Source of the DNA: Fonticula alba ATCC 38817
Taxonomy: Eukaryota > Protista > Nucleariida
Reading direction: 5' to 3' (one strand)
Assembly (NCBI GenBank): GCA_000388065.2
Contig: KB932203.1
DNA length: 56,984 bases
Both the position numbers and the translations under genes were made by a program. Positions 1-9,402 of the stretch are shown one piece after another (the stretch's first letter is position 1; each line of letters opens with the position of its first letter). The notes under the pieces are model-generated. The model saw only the letters and a program-made list of their open reading frames with translations. It did not search any database and was not told where the DNA came from.

Positions 1-549
1 GGTTTGAGCAGGTTCCGACTCGTTTCCCGGCGAGAAGAGGTCCGGCAGGGCTGCCCGTGCCCCTGGGTCTCCGCGGGTAATAATGGGGCCACCTCAGCCC
101 AATTATTGAGCGTCTGCCCGACCCGCAACCTAAAGCCCCGAGTCACGCCGGCCGGAGGAACACATGGCCCCGTCACGCGCAGAAGGGCCCCGCCGGCGCC
201 GATCGGCCCGCGCCCCCGTTGGCAGTCACACCTCCCATCCTCCCTCCGCACCGGCCCTCTGCCTGACGCTCTGGGCGCGCCGCCATCTAGCCAGCCCGAA
301 GGGGGGTCCTCGATCCCTCGAAAGGGCAGGGGGGCTGTCCCCCCATACCCCGGCGGGGGCTGGCACACCCTTCTCCCCTACTCTTCCTCCCGCCCCCCCC
401 CCGCCCCCCCCGCCCCCTCCGCTGTCTGAAGATCTCTCCCTCTCCCCCCTTCTCGGCCCGCAGCCCTTCCTGTCCCCTTCCCTCCTCGCCCGGGATCCAG
501 ACGCGCACGCTCGACGGCCTCCCTCTCGCCGGCCGCCGCAGCCGCCCGG

Positions 550-1189
550 ATGAGCGCCGATCCCATCGCCGCGGCCGCCGCCATGGACAAGGCCCGGCGC
601 TTGTGTCGCGCCGTGGTGCACAGCCTCCTGGAGGCAGTGGTCTTGGAGCCGGCTCTCGCGCCTGCCGACCTGCACCCGGCTGTCCGGCGCTGGACCGAGC
701 CCGGCCCCCTGGCGGATCTCCTGTCGTCATTGGCACTGCAGCTCCTGCCGCCGGCCGGCTCCGGTGCCCGGAGGCAAGCTTGGCCCCTTGCCGATGAGGA
801 CCGTGTCCTGGAAGCATGCCAGCTTTTGGGGGCGCTGTTCACCTGCGCCGGGTATTCGGACATGCGTGCCGGGCTTCCCACCGCCCGGCAGCTGCTGCTC
901 CGGTGCGCGCGGCCTTCCTCGGCCACCGGCCCGGCCGCCCTGCCGCCACTGTCTGGGCTCTTTGATGTGGACGAGCTGGCCCTCGACGCGACCGGCGCCC
1001 GGGCCGGCGCGGGTCCGGCTGCCGACCCATTTGCCGCGGCCCTCGCCCGGTCTCGGCGCGACGTCAGTCACCTTAACGGATACCGGCCCCGAGACCCGGG
1101 GGCTTCTGCCCTCCCGGTCCCGGTGGCCGAGGCCCTTCTGCGCGAGTCCCTGGCCACCGCCCTGCCCAAAGCGCCCCCCTCCGCCGCCT

Positions 1190-1245
<56 letters not shown>

Positions 1246-4177
1246 CCCACCACAATCCCTGATGCCAGTGGGGAAGATACCCCGGATCCGCTGTGGATGG
1301 CACTGTCGTTGTGCCTCTCGAACTTGCTGGATCTGGTGTGCCTGCACCCGGAAGAGGCGGCCGTGCAGCCGCGCGCCATTCGCCGCGCGGCCGGCCGCGC
1401 CCTCAGCCGCTGGGTGGCCCTTGTGGTGGCCGTCTGCCCGGGGGATGGCGCTGCCCCGGCGGCCGCCCTGCGGCCCGTCCTGCCGGGGATCAGCTCGACC
1501 CTGGCGCGGCTACTGGCTCCCGGGCCGGGGGACAACCTGGCCCCCCCGGCCCCGGGCCTGGCCGGCAGCGCCCTCCTGACCTTGGGCACCGCCTGGCTGG
1601 TGAGCTTCTCCCGGGGGATTGTCCCCGATGCCGATGACCCGGCCGAGGCCCAGCAACGCGCCGCCCGGGTGGCCGACACCGTGCGTCGGCCCTTCACCAG
1701 CCCCACCCTCACCGGGGTGTTGAATGCCACCGGCCAGGGGGGCCTGGACGCGGGGGTCCTCGGCCGCCTGCCCGGCACCGGGGCGGCCCGGCCAGACACG
1801 GCGGTGGAGGTGCTCGCCTCGTCGGACGTGGGCCCGGCCGACGAGGCGACCCCCCCGGCCGATCCCCGGCCCGGCGATGGTGCCCGGCTGCCGGTTGATC
1901 CGACCCTCTCGCGGCTGATGCTCTCCCTCAGCCTGGGGCTGCTGGTACGTGTGACCGTCCTCCCTCTTCGCCTTCGCCGCGCGCCCTCCTGCGTGGGCTG
2001 TGGCCCGTGCAGATGCCCGCCGATCTGGTCTGACTCTGCCCCCCATTGGCCCCGCTCTCCCCTGCTCTTTTGTGCTTTCGCCACAGGGCACCGATCCAGC
2101 ACTGTCCAGTGCCGTGGCGGCCGATTGCGTGTTCTTCCTGTTGAGTTCCTTCGAGGCGGAGCGCCACCTGGCGCAAGCCCTCAGCCCCGCCGGCAGTGCA
2201 TACCCCCCGGACCCCACGCAGCACGGCATGGGGTCTCTCGATGTCCAGGCGGCCGGGACCCTCGATTCGGCGGCCGCACTCAGCCAACTCCGAGACCGCC
2301 TCTGGGGCGCGGTGTCCCCCTCCAATGCCGAGGACATCCTCTTCCTTCGCCCTGGTGCCGCCACCGGCGCGGCCTCCCTCTCGGCCGCGGCTTCCTCGCC
2401 GCAGGACCGCCTCCGCCAGCTGAAACTCCGGGCCCAGGGGGGAGCGCTCGTGCCGCCGGCCGCCGCTGCCGCCGGCGACCCGGCCGTCGCACCCCTTCGC
2501 ACCATGGTGGCCGGTCTGCTGGATGCCGGCCTGGCCCTTGTATTGGACTCGCGGGCGGGCCAGTTTGGCGCCGGGACCGGGGCCGGGCCCCCCGCCCCGG
2601 CCCCCGGCGACCTGGGCGTCCTCCTTCGGCGGCGCGCCGACTCCCTGGCCCTGGCCCGGCTGGTGGCCGGTGCCCTGTTGGTTTGCCCGACCGGCGGCCT
2701 GCCTGGCACCGATGGGCTCCTGGATGTGGGCCCCCGGGCGCCGGCTCTCATGGCGGCCGGCAGCATGCTGCTTGGCGAGGCGCTCCAAGCCCCGGGGGCC
2801 GAGGCGGCTCTCGGCCGGCATGGCGGCCCCCAGCCCGCCCAGGTGCCTCCCACCTGGGAGTCCGTCGGGCAGTCGCTCGGTCGGGTGGCCGGGCTCCTGC
2901 CGTCGGCCGGCCGGGCAACCCTCGCCTCGGCAGCCATCCTCGGGGCCCAAGACCCGGCCTCGGTGCGCGGTCTCATCCAAGCCGGCATGTACTTCGCCGA
3001 GGAGTGCTTGTCGGCTGGCGGCGCGACCGGCGGCGGCACGCCGGCTGGGCTCCTGCCGCTGGCCGGGTTCGGCCTCTTCGCCGGGCAGGTTCTCTGGTCG
3101 GCGGCCGGGCCTCTGCGCCTGGGCGCCCCGATGGCCATCGGCGGTGGCGACGGCCCCGCGGCCACCCTGCAGACGGTGGCCGAGTTTGCCCTTGGCCTGG
3201 TTGCGTCTGCTCTGGCGTGGGTGGGTGCCTTGGCGCCGGGGCTGACGCCGAGCACGGCGGCCCCCAGCCGCTGGGCCGTTTTTGCCCTGCTCCACCTGTG
3301 CCATACGGCCGGTAGCCTGCTGCACCTGGCCATGGGCCCGGGGCCGGCCGAGGGGGCCAGCCAAAGTGCTCCCCACCTTCGACGCCTGGTTCTCGAGCGC
3401 CTGGCCGGCCTCTGGCGCGACCAGGCCTTCCCGCTGCTGTTGCTCTCCGGCAGCCTGGCCGCGACGCCGGTGGCCGACGGGGCCCCGGCCTTCGGGCACT
3501 TGCTGCTCGGCCCCAGCCCGGGGGCCAGCCCCTCGGCGCCCGGGCCCGGGCCCGGGCCCGATGCCGATCCCCTGACGCGGGCCATCCGAACGGGGGCCAC
3601 GGATTGCATTGGGCTCTTCTCGCTGCTGTTGCTGGGGCCCCAGCCGGCCGACGGGGCGGCCGGCGTCGCCTCCTCGCTTGCCTATGGCCCCCCCTCTGGG
3701 GGTCTTGTTGGGGCCCACTCGGCCGGTGCCCTGGTGTCGGGGCTGCTGGCCCGGTCGGCCGATCAGATTTCCCATTTGGTTTGGCAGCAGCTGGGCCAGG
3801 CGTCAACGCAGGTGGCGGCGCTCTTGGCGTCCAGCGGGGCCCCGGCCGGTGCCGCCGAGGCCCCGGCTCTGGAGCGTGCCCTGGTTCAGTCGACCACCGG
3901 CGCCTGCGGGCTCCTGTCGGCCATGCTGCACCTGAACCGGCAGGTGTTTGACGCCCAGCCGGCGGGGCTCAGCCCGGGCGGCCCGCAGCGCCTGGCTGTC
4001 CTTGCCCTTTTGCGGGATTCGGTCTCGCGTCTGGTCGACGTGCTGGATGCCGCGCTCCACATTGCTCATGGTGCCGGCTCCAGCCCCGGGAATATGGTTG
4101 CCCTGCTGAGCACCTTGACATCGGGTATGCAGATGCCAGGCCTGCCGGCCTGCCGGCCATCCTCCATCTTCTTTCCA

Positions 4178-4219
<42 letters not shown>

Positions 4220-6007
4220 ATCCTCTCCTCCCGCCTCCTTTGCCATGGAAAATCCGCTGACCCTCCTGTCTGCTCCGCCATCCGCATCGTAGTTCTTCTT
4301 CAGTATGCCTGCGCCATCGAGCGCGCCTGCGAAGAGTACATTGTCATGCCACCGGCAGCGGGAGCGCCCCCCGCATTGTGCCCCTCATCCGGTGAGGGAG
4401 GTTCACTCCCCGGGCTTGAGCCGGCCTTCGCCGAGTGGCTGCGCACCCGGCGTCAGCTCGCCGCGGACCGGGGTGCCGCCGAGTCGGCCGCCACCGCTGC
4501 CACAGCTCCGGCTGGTCCCGAGCCCGAGCATCGGCCACCCCTCAGTGTGGATGATTTCTTCGCGGACCCCCCCGCCTCCGAGGGCGCCGATGAAGACCCG
4601 GCCACATGCCAGCAGTCCGACGAGGCTGCCGAGTCGGAGGACGCCCCGGTCGACGGGCTGCCCAGCTACCTGTCCTCGCATCGGCTGCTGCTTGCGCGCA
4701 TTGTCCGGCGGTACTGCCGGGTGGCCCAAGTGAGCGACCACTGGCCGGTCCGTGTGTTTGCCCTGCGCGTGGTGCGCTTCTGTCTGGGAGACCTGGCCCT
4801 CCTGCGCCACACGCCCGGGGTGCTGGCTTTCGTGCATGATGCCGTTTGGCCGGCCGTGCTGGGGTCCTTCGCGGCGCTGGATGTGGCCCTCGGCCACGGG
4901 GAGGATGTGGACGCCCTGCTGGAGAGTGCCATCGAGGGGGTGGCCTTGCTGTGTGCGCTGCTCCGCCGGCCGGGGCCCGATGGCCGGGAGGCCCTTGGCC
5001 CGGGGGCTTCTCGCCGGACCGGGGACCTGCCGCACGATTTGGCCGCCTTCCTCCGGCCGCGGATACTGGATGAGGTCCTGCGGCCGTTGGTGGTCCGGGT
5101 CCGGCGGGTGCTGCTGCCCCTGCTGGATGCCGGGTCCGAGGGGGATCGTTTCCGCGCGGCGGCCCGGCTGGCCGACCGGTGCATCCAGCTGGTGGACCTG
5201 CTCTTTGTGGCCGACGGGCCGCCCAGCGATCCGGGCACCGTGGGCGATGTGGTCGGCCTGCTGGCCATGTGCACGCACCGGACCCGGGCACCGGAGTCCC
5301 TGCGCCGCCAAGCACTGGCGACTCTGGTGGGCCGGGTGCGCCCGGGAGCCGCCGCCGGCTCGCCCGCGGCGCCCCTCTGGTCGTATCGTGAGGCCATCCG
5401 TGCGCGGTATGGCGGCCAGGGGGTCGGCGTGGTGGCCGGGCCGCGGGATCCCTGGTGGCCGGGCGCCCCCTCATCGACGGCCCAATTGTCGGGCCTGGCC
5501 CAATCCAACCCCACTTCGGTCTTCACCACCCTCCGGCTGTTGGCCCTGGCGGAGTATGTCCGGGGCGCGGCGCGGCAGACCCTGCGGGCCATGGGGCCCG
5601 AGGTGGAGCCCAGCCAGCGCCAGCTGCTTGAGCACTATGCGGCGGAGGCCCAGCCGGATGCGGCCAAGGCGGCGCGCGTGCGTTTGCTCCAGGCCGGCCC
5701 GGCGGCAACGGCCGCACGGGCCGCCGAGATGCCATCCCAAGTGGCGATGGTGTCCTCGACATGCTCCACGGCCGCTGTCCAGGCGGGGGCCCCGGCTGGT
5801 GCCGAGGCCGGGGCCCTGCTTCCGGTCGCCACGGCGGCATTCCTTCGGCCGGACCTTGCTGGGGGGGCGACCGAGTCGGCCCGTCGGGCGGCCACGCGCC
5901 TTGGCATTCAGCCGGTCCCGGTGCCGGTGCTGCCGAGCGAGCGGGCCTCGCTCTTTGCCACCGACATCGCCATTGACCAGCTGGACCTTGCGGCGTACAT
6001 CCTCTAG
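550..6007 (+). CDS. TTI1: TTI1-like HEAT-repeat protein (TTT/PIKK co-chaperone complex), about 1715 aa. Exons 550-1944, 2087-4124, 4293-6007.
   Basis: GT-AG introns at 1945-2086 (gtacgt...ccacag) and 4125-4292 (gtatgc...cgtag) join the ORFs in frame (5148 nt total). LPGISSTLARLL, VHDAVWPAVL and AFLRPRILDEVLRPL resemble the TTI1 motifs FLPGISTALTRLI, AHQAWPSLV and DFLRSRFCKDVLPKL as I recall them. Confidence 0.75.
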
Positions 6008-6202
6008 AGAGCCATGCCTTCCCTCGCGAAGGGGAGGGGGATCCAATAGATCATGCGTGCACCGACTCCGCCCGGTGTCGGGGTAGCGGGGCTGGGCCGG
6101 GTGGCGGTCCCATTTTGGCCCTCTTTTTGTCAGTACACAGGGTGCCGCCTTGGGGGTGGGAACAGCCAGTCCGGGAAGACAAGTGCACGTGCATGTGCAC
6201 AT

Positions 6203-6209
<7 letters not shown>

Positions 6210-6247
<38 letters not shown>
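6210..6247 (+). repeat. (CA)n microsatellite, representative of many others (e.g. 9364-9399, 24929-24975, 48337-48391)
   Basis: Read directly from the sequence. Confidence 0.9.
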
Positions 6248-6249
<2 letters not shown>

Positions 6250-6512
6250 CATCCATCGAAGCACGCCTCAAGGAGGCATGTATCCTTGCATGCACACATA
6301 TGCAGACACAAGGCATACAAGCACGCCGACGCGCACATGCGCTGACACGCAAATGACCGGGGAACAGTGCTGGCGGAGCAACTTGACAGGGATGCCCCCT
6401 GCGGGCACGCATGGCCGAGGGGCAGAGGATGATCTATATTGTTCGGACCGGGGATACAGGAGAAGGACGCGGAGGAACCGGGAGAGTGGGCACGGCCGAA
6501 TGGGGCGGCCCG

Positions 6513-8309
6513 TCACCGCTGGTCGGTGGTCTGACCATCGACCAAGCGGAAGGGTGTCTGAGTAAGGCAAAGAGCCGGAGGGACCTGGGCCACCCGGAGG
6601 AGGTGGGCCAGCTGGTCGGAGCCAGGAGAGGGTGTCTGGCGATGGAGCCCCGACGCCAGACGAGAGGAGGACAAGGGGAGGGGCGGTCCCCGGGGAGCCG
6701 GCTTGGGCCGCGCCCCATCGCCGAGGGCCAAGCGCCGTTGGTGCTGAAGGATGCGCCCGACGGTTCGCGGCGACACGCCCAGCATTTGGGCGATCTCCGT
6801 CCGGGACAGGGCCCCGGACAGGCTGAGCACCCGGGCGCGGAGTTCTTCGCGCGGAAGGGACGTCCGGGTGGGCGGGCTGACAACCTGCCGGCCTGGCATG
6901 AACAGCGCCAGGGTGCTGCGCACCGTGTTCAATGCCACACCCACCTGCCGGGCGATGGCCGTCGGCGTGAAGTCCGGCCTTTGGCGAGCCAATTGGACGA
7001 TGGCCTGCTGGCGGGCCGACCGCGGCCCCGGGGAGCCCCCATCGCCATAAGCCCCGGCCGGAGGTGACGCACCCGCGATCTCCCCCGGGGGAGATGCCCC
7101 CCCAGTGGGGGATATCCCGACGGGCGTCGCTGCCGCCCGGTCCAGCACACCGGTCGAGGACGCGTTGGCCGGCAACGAGTCGGCCGCTGGTGGTGCTGGA
7201 GCGGCGCGCGGCTTGCGTGGCGGTGTCAGCGCCTCGGGGACACGCGCGGCGGCCAGGCGCCGCAGGGCCGGCACCGACAGGCCAGCCTCCTGGGCAATGG
7301 CCCCGAGGGACTGCCGGTCGAGCGGCGACGCGGCCACCCGGCGCTCCAGCAGGACGAGTGCCCGATCCGCGGCCCCGGGAGCAAGGCGCTCGGCCCGGTG
7401 CCACACATGCCCCGGAATGGTGGCCTCGGCCAGGGCATACACGCTCTTCGGATCCATGCCCAGGCGCTGGGCCGCCCGGGTGACCGTGATGCCCGGCTCC
7501 TCCTGCAGGAGTTGGGCCACCTGCTCCTGCCGGCGGAGGGACCGCTGGCGCTTGGGCCAGGCATACCCCGGGCGAAGGGCCCTCACCGCCCGGGTCACTT
7601 GCTGCACCGTCAGCCCAAGCTGCGCGGCTATGGTGGCCGAGGTGGCCCCCGGGGAGGCCTCCACCAGGGCCAAGATCGCCTGATAGCGAGCCAGCGTGGC
7701 CGGGAGCAGGCGCGCCGGCTGCGGGGCCACGGTGCTCGGCTCTTCAACTGGCGGCCGCCGTGCGGCCCGCACACCCAGCAACGCCTGCGCCGACTGGGAG
7801 AGCTCAAGTCTACGGGAAGCATGCCCGTCACCGGTGGTGCCGCCATGGCCGCCATCGACACAAGCTGCCAGACCCGGTGGACCGGGCCCCAGGATCGGCC
7901 GGCCAGCCCCAGCAGCCAGGCGGCGGAGGGCCTCGGTTTCGCGAACCTGATCCGGCCGCCGAACGGTCGCCGCTGCGGCCGTGGCCGCCGCCGCCGCCAC
8001 CAGCGCCGCGTCGTCGCCCGAGGCAAGTAGCTCCAGGCGATCGGCGCCGACCGCTCGGTGGGGGATGTACAGGCGCAGCACCGACAGGCGGCTGCCCAGC
8101 CCCGTATCCTCGTCAGAGGCAGGCCCCGGGTGTGGGGAGACCGGCACCTGGGCCCCGGGATCCGGTGGCCCCGGCAGGCCGAGGCCTGGCTGTGCGAGCC
8201 CCAGCTCAGGGAGGCGAGTGGCCGCCGTTGCCGCTGCCGATAGTCGCCTCCCGGGAGATGGCCGAAGGATTCCAGCTGGACACCGAGCGACAGCGGCCCA
8301 TTGGAGCAT
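6513..8309 (-). CDS. Intronless 598-aa protein with five tandem helix-turn-helix repeats and a predicted mitochondrial presequence
   Basis: ATG at 8309 (MLQWAAVARCPAGILRPSPGRRLSAAA: Arg/Ala/Leu-rich, no acidic residues). Five HTH-like modules, e.g. RYQAILALVEASPGATSATIAAQLGLTVQQVTRAV, RQQAIVQLARQRPDFTPTAIARQVGVALNTVRSTL, LSRTEIAQMLGVSPRTVGRIL. Confidence 0.7.
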   Translation of the reverse strand: MLQWAAVARCPAGILRPSPGRRLSAAATAATRLPELGLAQPGLGLPGPPDPGAQVPVSPHPGPASDEDTGLGSRLSVLRLYIPHRAVGADRLELLASGDDAALVAAAAATAAAATVRRPDQVRETEALRRLAAGAGRPILGPGPPGLAACVDGGHGGTTGDGHASRRLELSQSAQALLGVRAARRPPVEEPSTVAPQPARLLPATLARYQAILALVEASPGATSATIAAQLGLTVQQVTRAVRALRPGYAWPKRQRSLRRQEQVAQLLQEEPGITVTRAAQRLGMDPKSVYALAEATIPGHVWHRAERLAPGAADRALVLLERRVAASPLDRQSLGAIAQEAGLSVPALRRLAAARVPEALTPPRKPRAAPAPPAADSLPANASSTGVLDRAAATPVGISPTGGASPPGEIAGASPPAGAYGDGGSPGPRSARQQAIVQLARQRPDFTPTAIARQVGVALNTVRSTLALFMPGRQVVSPPTRTSLPREELRARVLSLSGALSRTEIAQMLGVSPRTVGRILQHQRRLALGDGARPKPAPRGPPLPLSSSRLASGLHRQTPSPGSDQLAHLLRVAQVPPALCLTQTPFRLVDGQTTDQR

Positions 8310-9182
8310 TGTGCCCGACGGCCAGGACCAGCTTGGCTTCAGCCCAGCAGAGACCAAGGGAAGGGGGAGGGGGGGACGAGGTGCAGTGGCACGGGGGCGC
8401 ACAAGAAGAAAAGCGGAGCTCAGGGTGTGGCGAGCCGGCCAGCGCCAATGGGCTGGTCGAGGGAGGGACGGAGGGAGGGAGGGAGAAAGGGAGGGGGGAG
8501 AGACGGTCGAGCAACGGCGAGTAGGCGTGAGTCCAAAGCACCGGCAGCCATGTGGGTGTTCAGGGGGAGGCGAGGGGCATGCAAGGGCCGATGTGCACCA
8601 TGGTGGGGTGATCAGCCCAAACGGCGATCCAGCTTGTGATCTTTCCCTCCTTCCTGCTGTGATTGGACACACAGGAGGAGGGCGGCGCGTGGGCGGGGCG
8701 TGGGAGGGGGGGCAGAGAGCCAGGGCAGAGATGCGCAAGGGAGCGCAGGCCAGGAGGATATCGGTCCGGCTGCGTGCGGAGAGCGGGGGCGATCAGGTGT
8801 GCGTAGGCTGGATGAGCGGGTATGTGTGTGTGGCAAGGGGGAAGCAGGGGGCTCGGGTGGGGGTGGGGGTGGGGGGAGGCGGAGGGGGAGTAGCCTGGAT
8901 GGCCGGTGCCAGGGGCCCAAGGTGTGACCCGAAAAGCCGAAAGCACCCGGGCAGGCACGATCTTGGCCCCGGGCACGGCCGGGGAGGGGCAGGGCAAGGG
9001 CGACGCGCGCATCCCCGGCCACAGGGCGCATGAGGGCGGGAGACACAGGAGCGACTCGATGGGCCGGGGGAAGCACATGCCCACGCATCGGCCCACGCTG
9101 ATGGGAACACATCGACGCCGCCGGGGGGGGGGAATCTATTTATTGCAGGCTGGCTGGCCTGGTGCAGGGGAGAGGCGGGGGA

Positions 9183-9361
9183 TCAGAACCCGCCGGTGGA
9201 GCGCGCGCAGGAGGCCCTTAACTGGGCCAATTTACCAAGCAGCAGCCGAGCATGCTCCTCGTCAACCAGATCGTGGGCAAGGTACCCGGCGTCGAGGGCC
9301 AGCAGCTCGGGGCACAGCCCGGCCGGGCTGGCTGCGTCTGTGGGGCGGTCAGTGTCGGCCG

Positions 9362-9402
<41 letters not shown>

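Noticed and set aside
1510-3775. Long antisense ORFs (699 aa, 615 aa) opposite TTI1, and similar shadows such as 51031-52905 and 55636-56958
   Set aside because: These are typical shadow ORFs of very GC-rich coding DNA, with no family motifs or independent splice or start signals.
6343-6354. TGACACGCAAAT match to U6 snRNA
   Set aside because: Only 12 nt match, with no ACAGAGA box, AGC triad or terminal U tract nearby.
6513-8309. The HTH protein as a transposase or sigma factor
   Set aside because: No DDE or tyrosine recombinase core, no flanking inverted repeats or TSD, and no sigma region 2 were seen.
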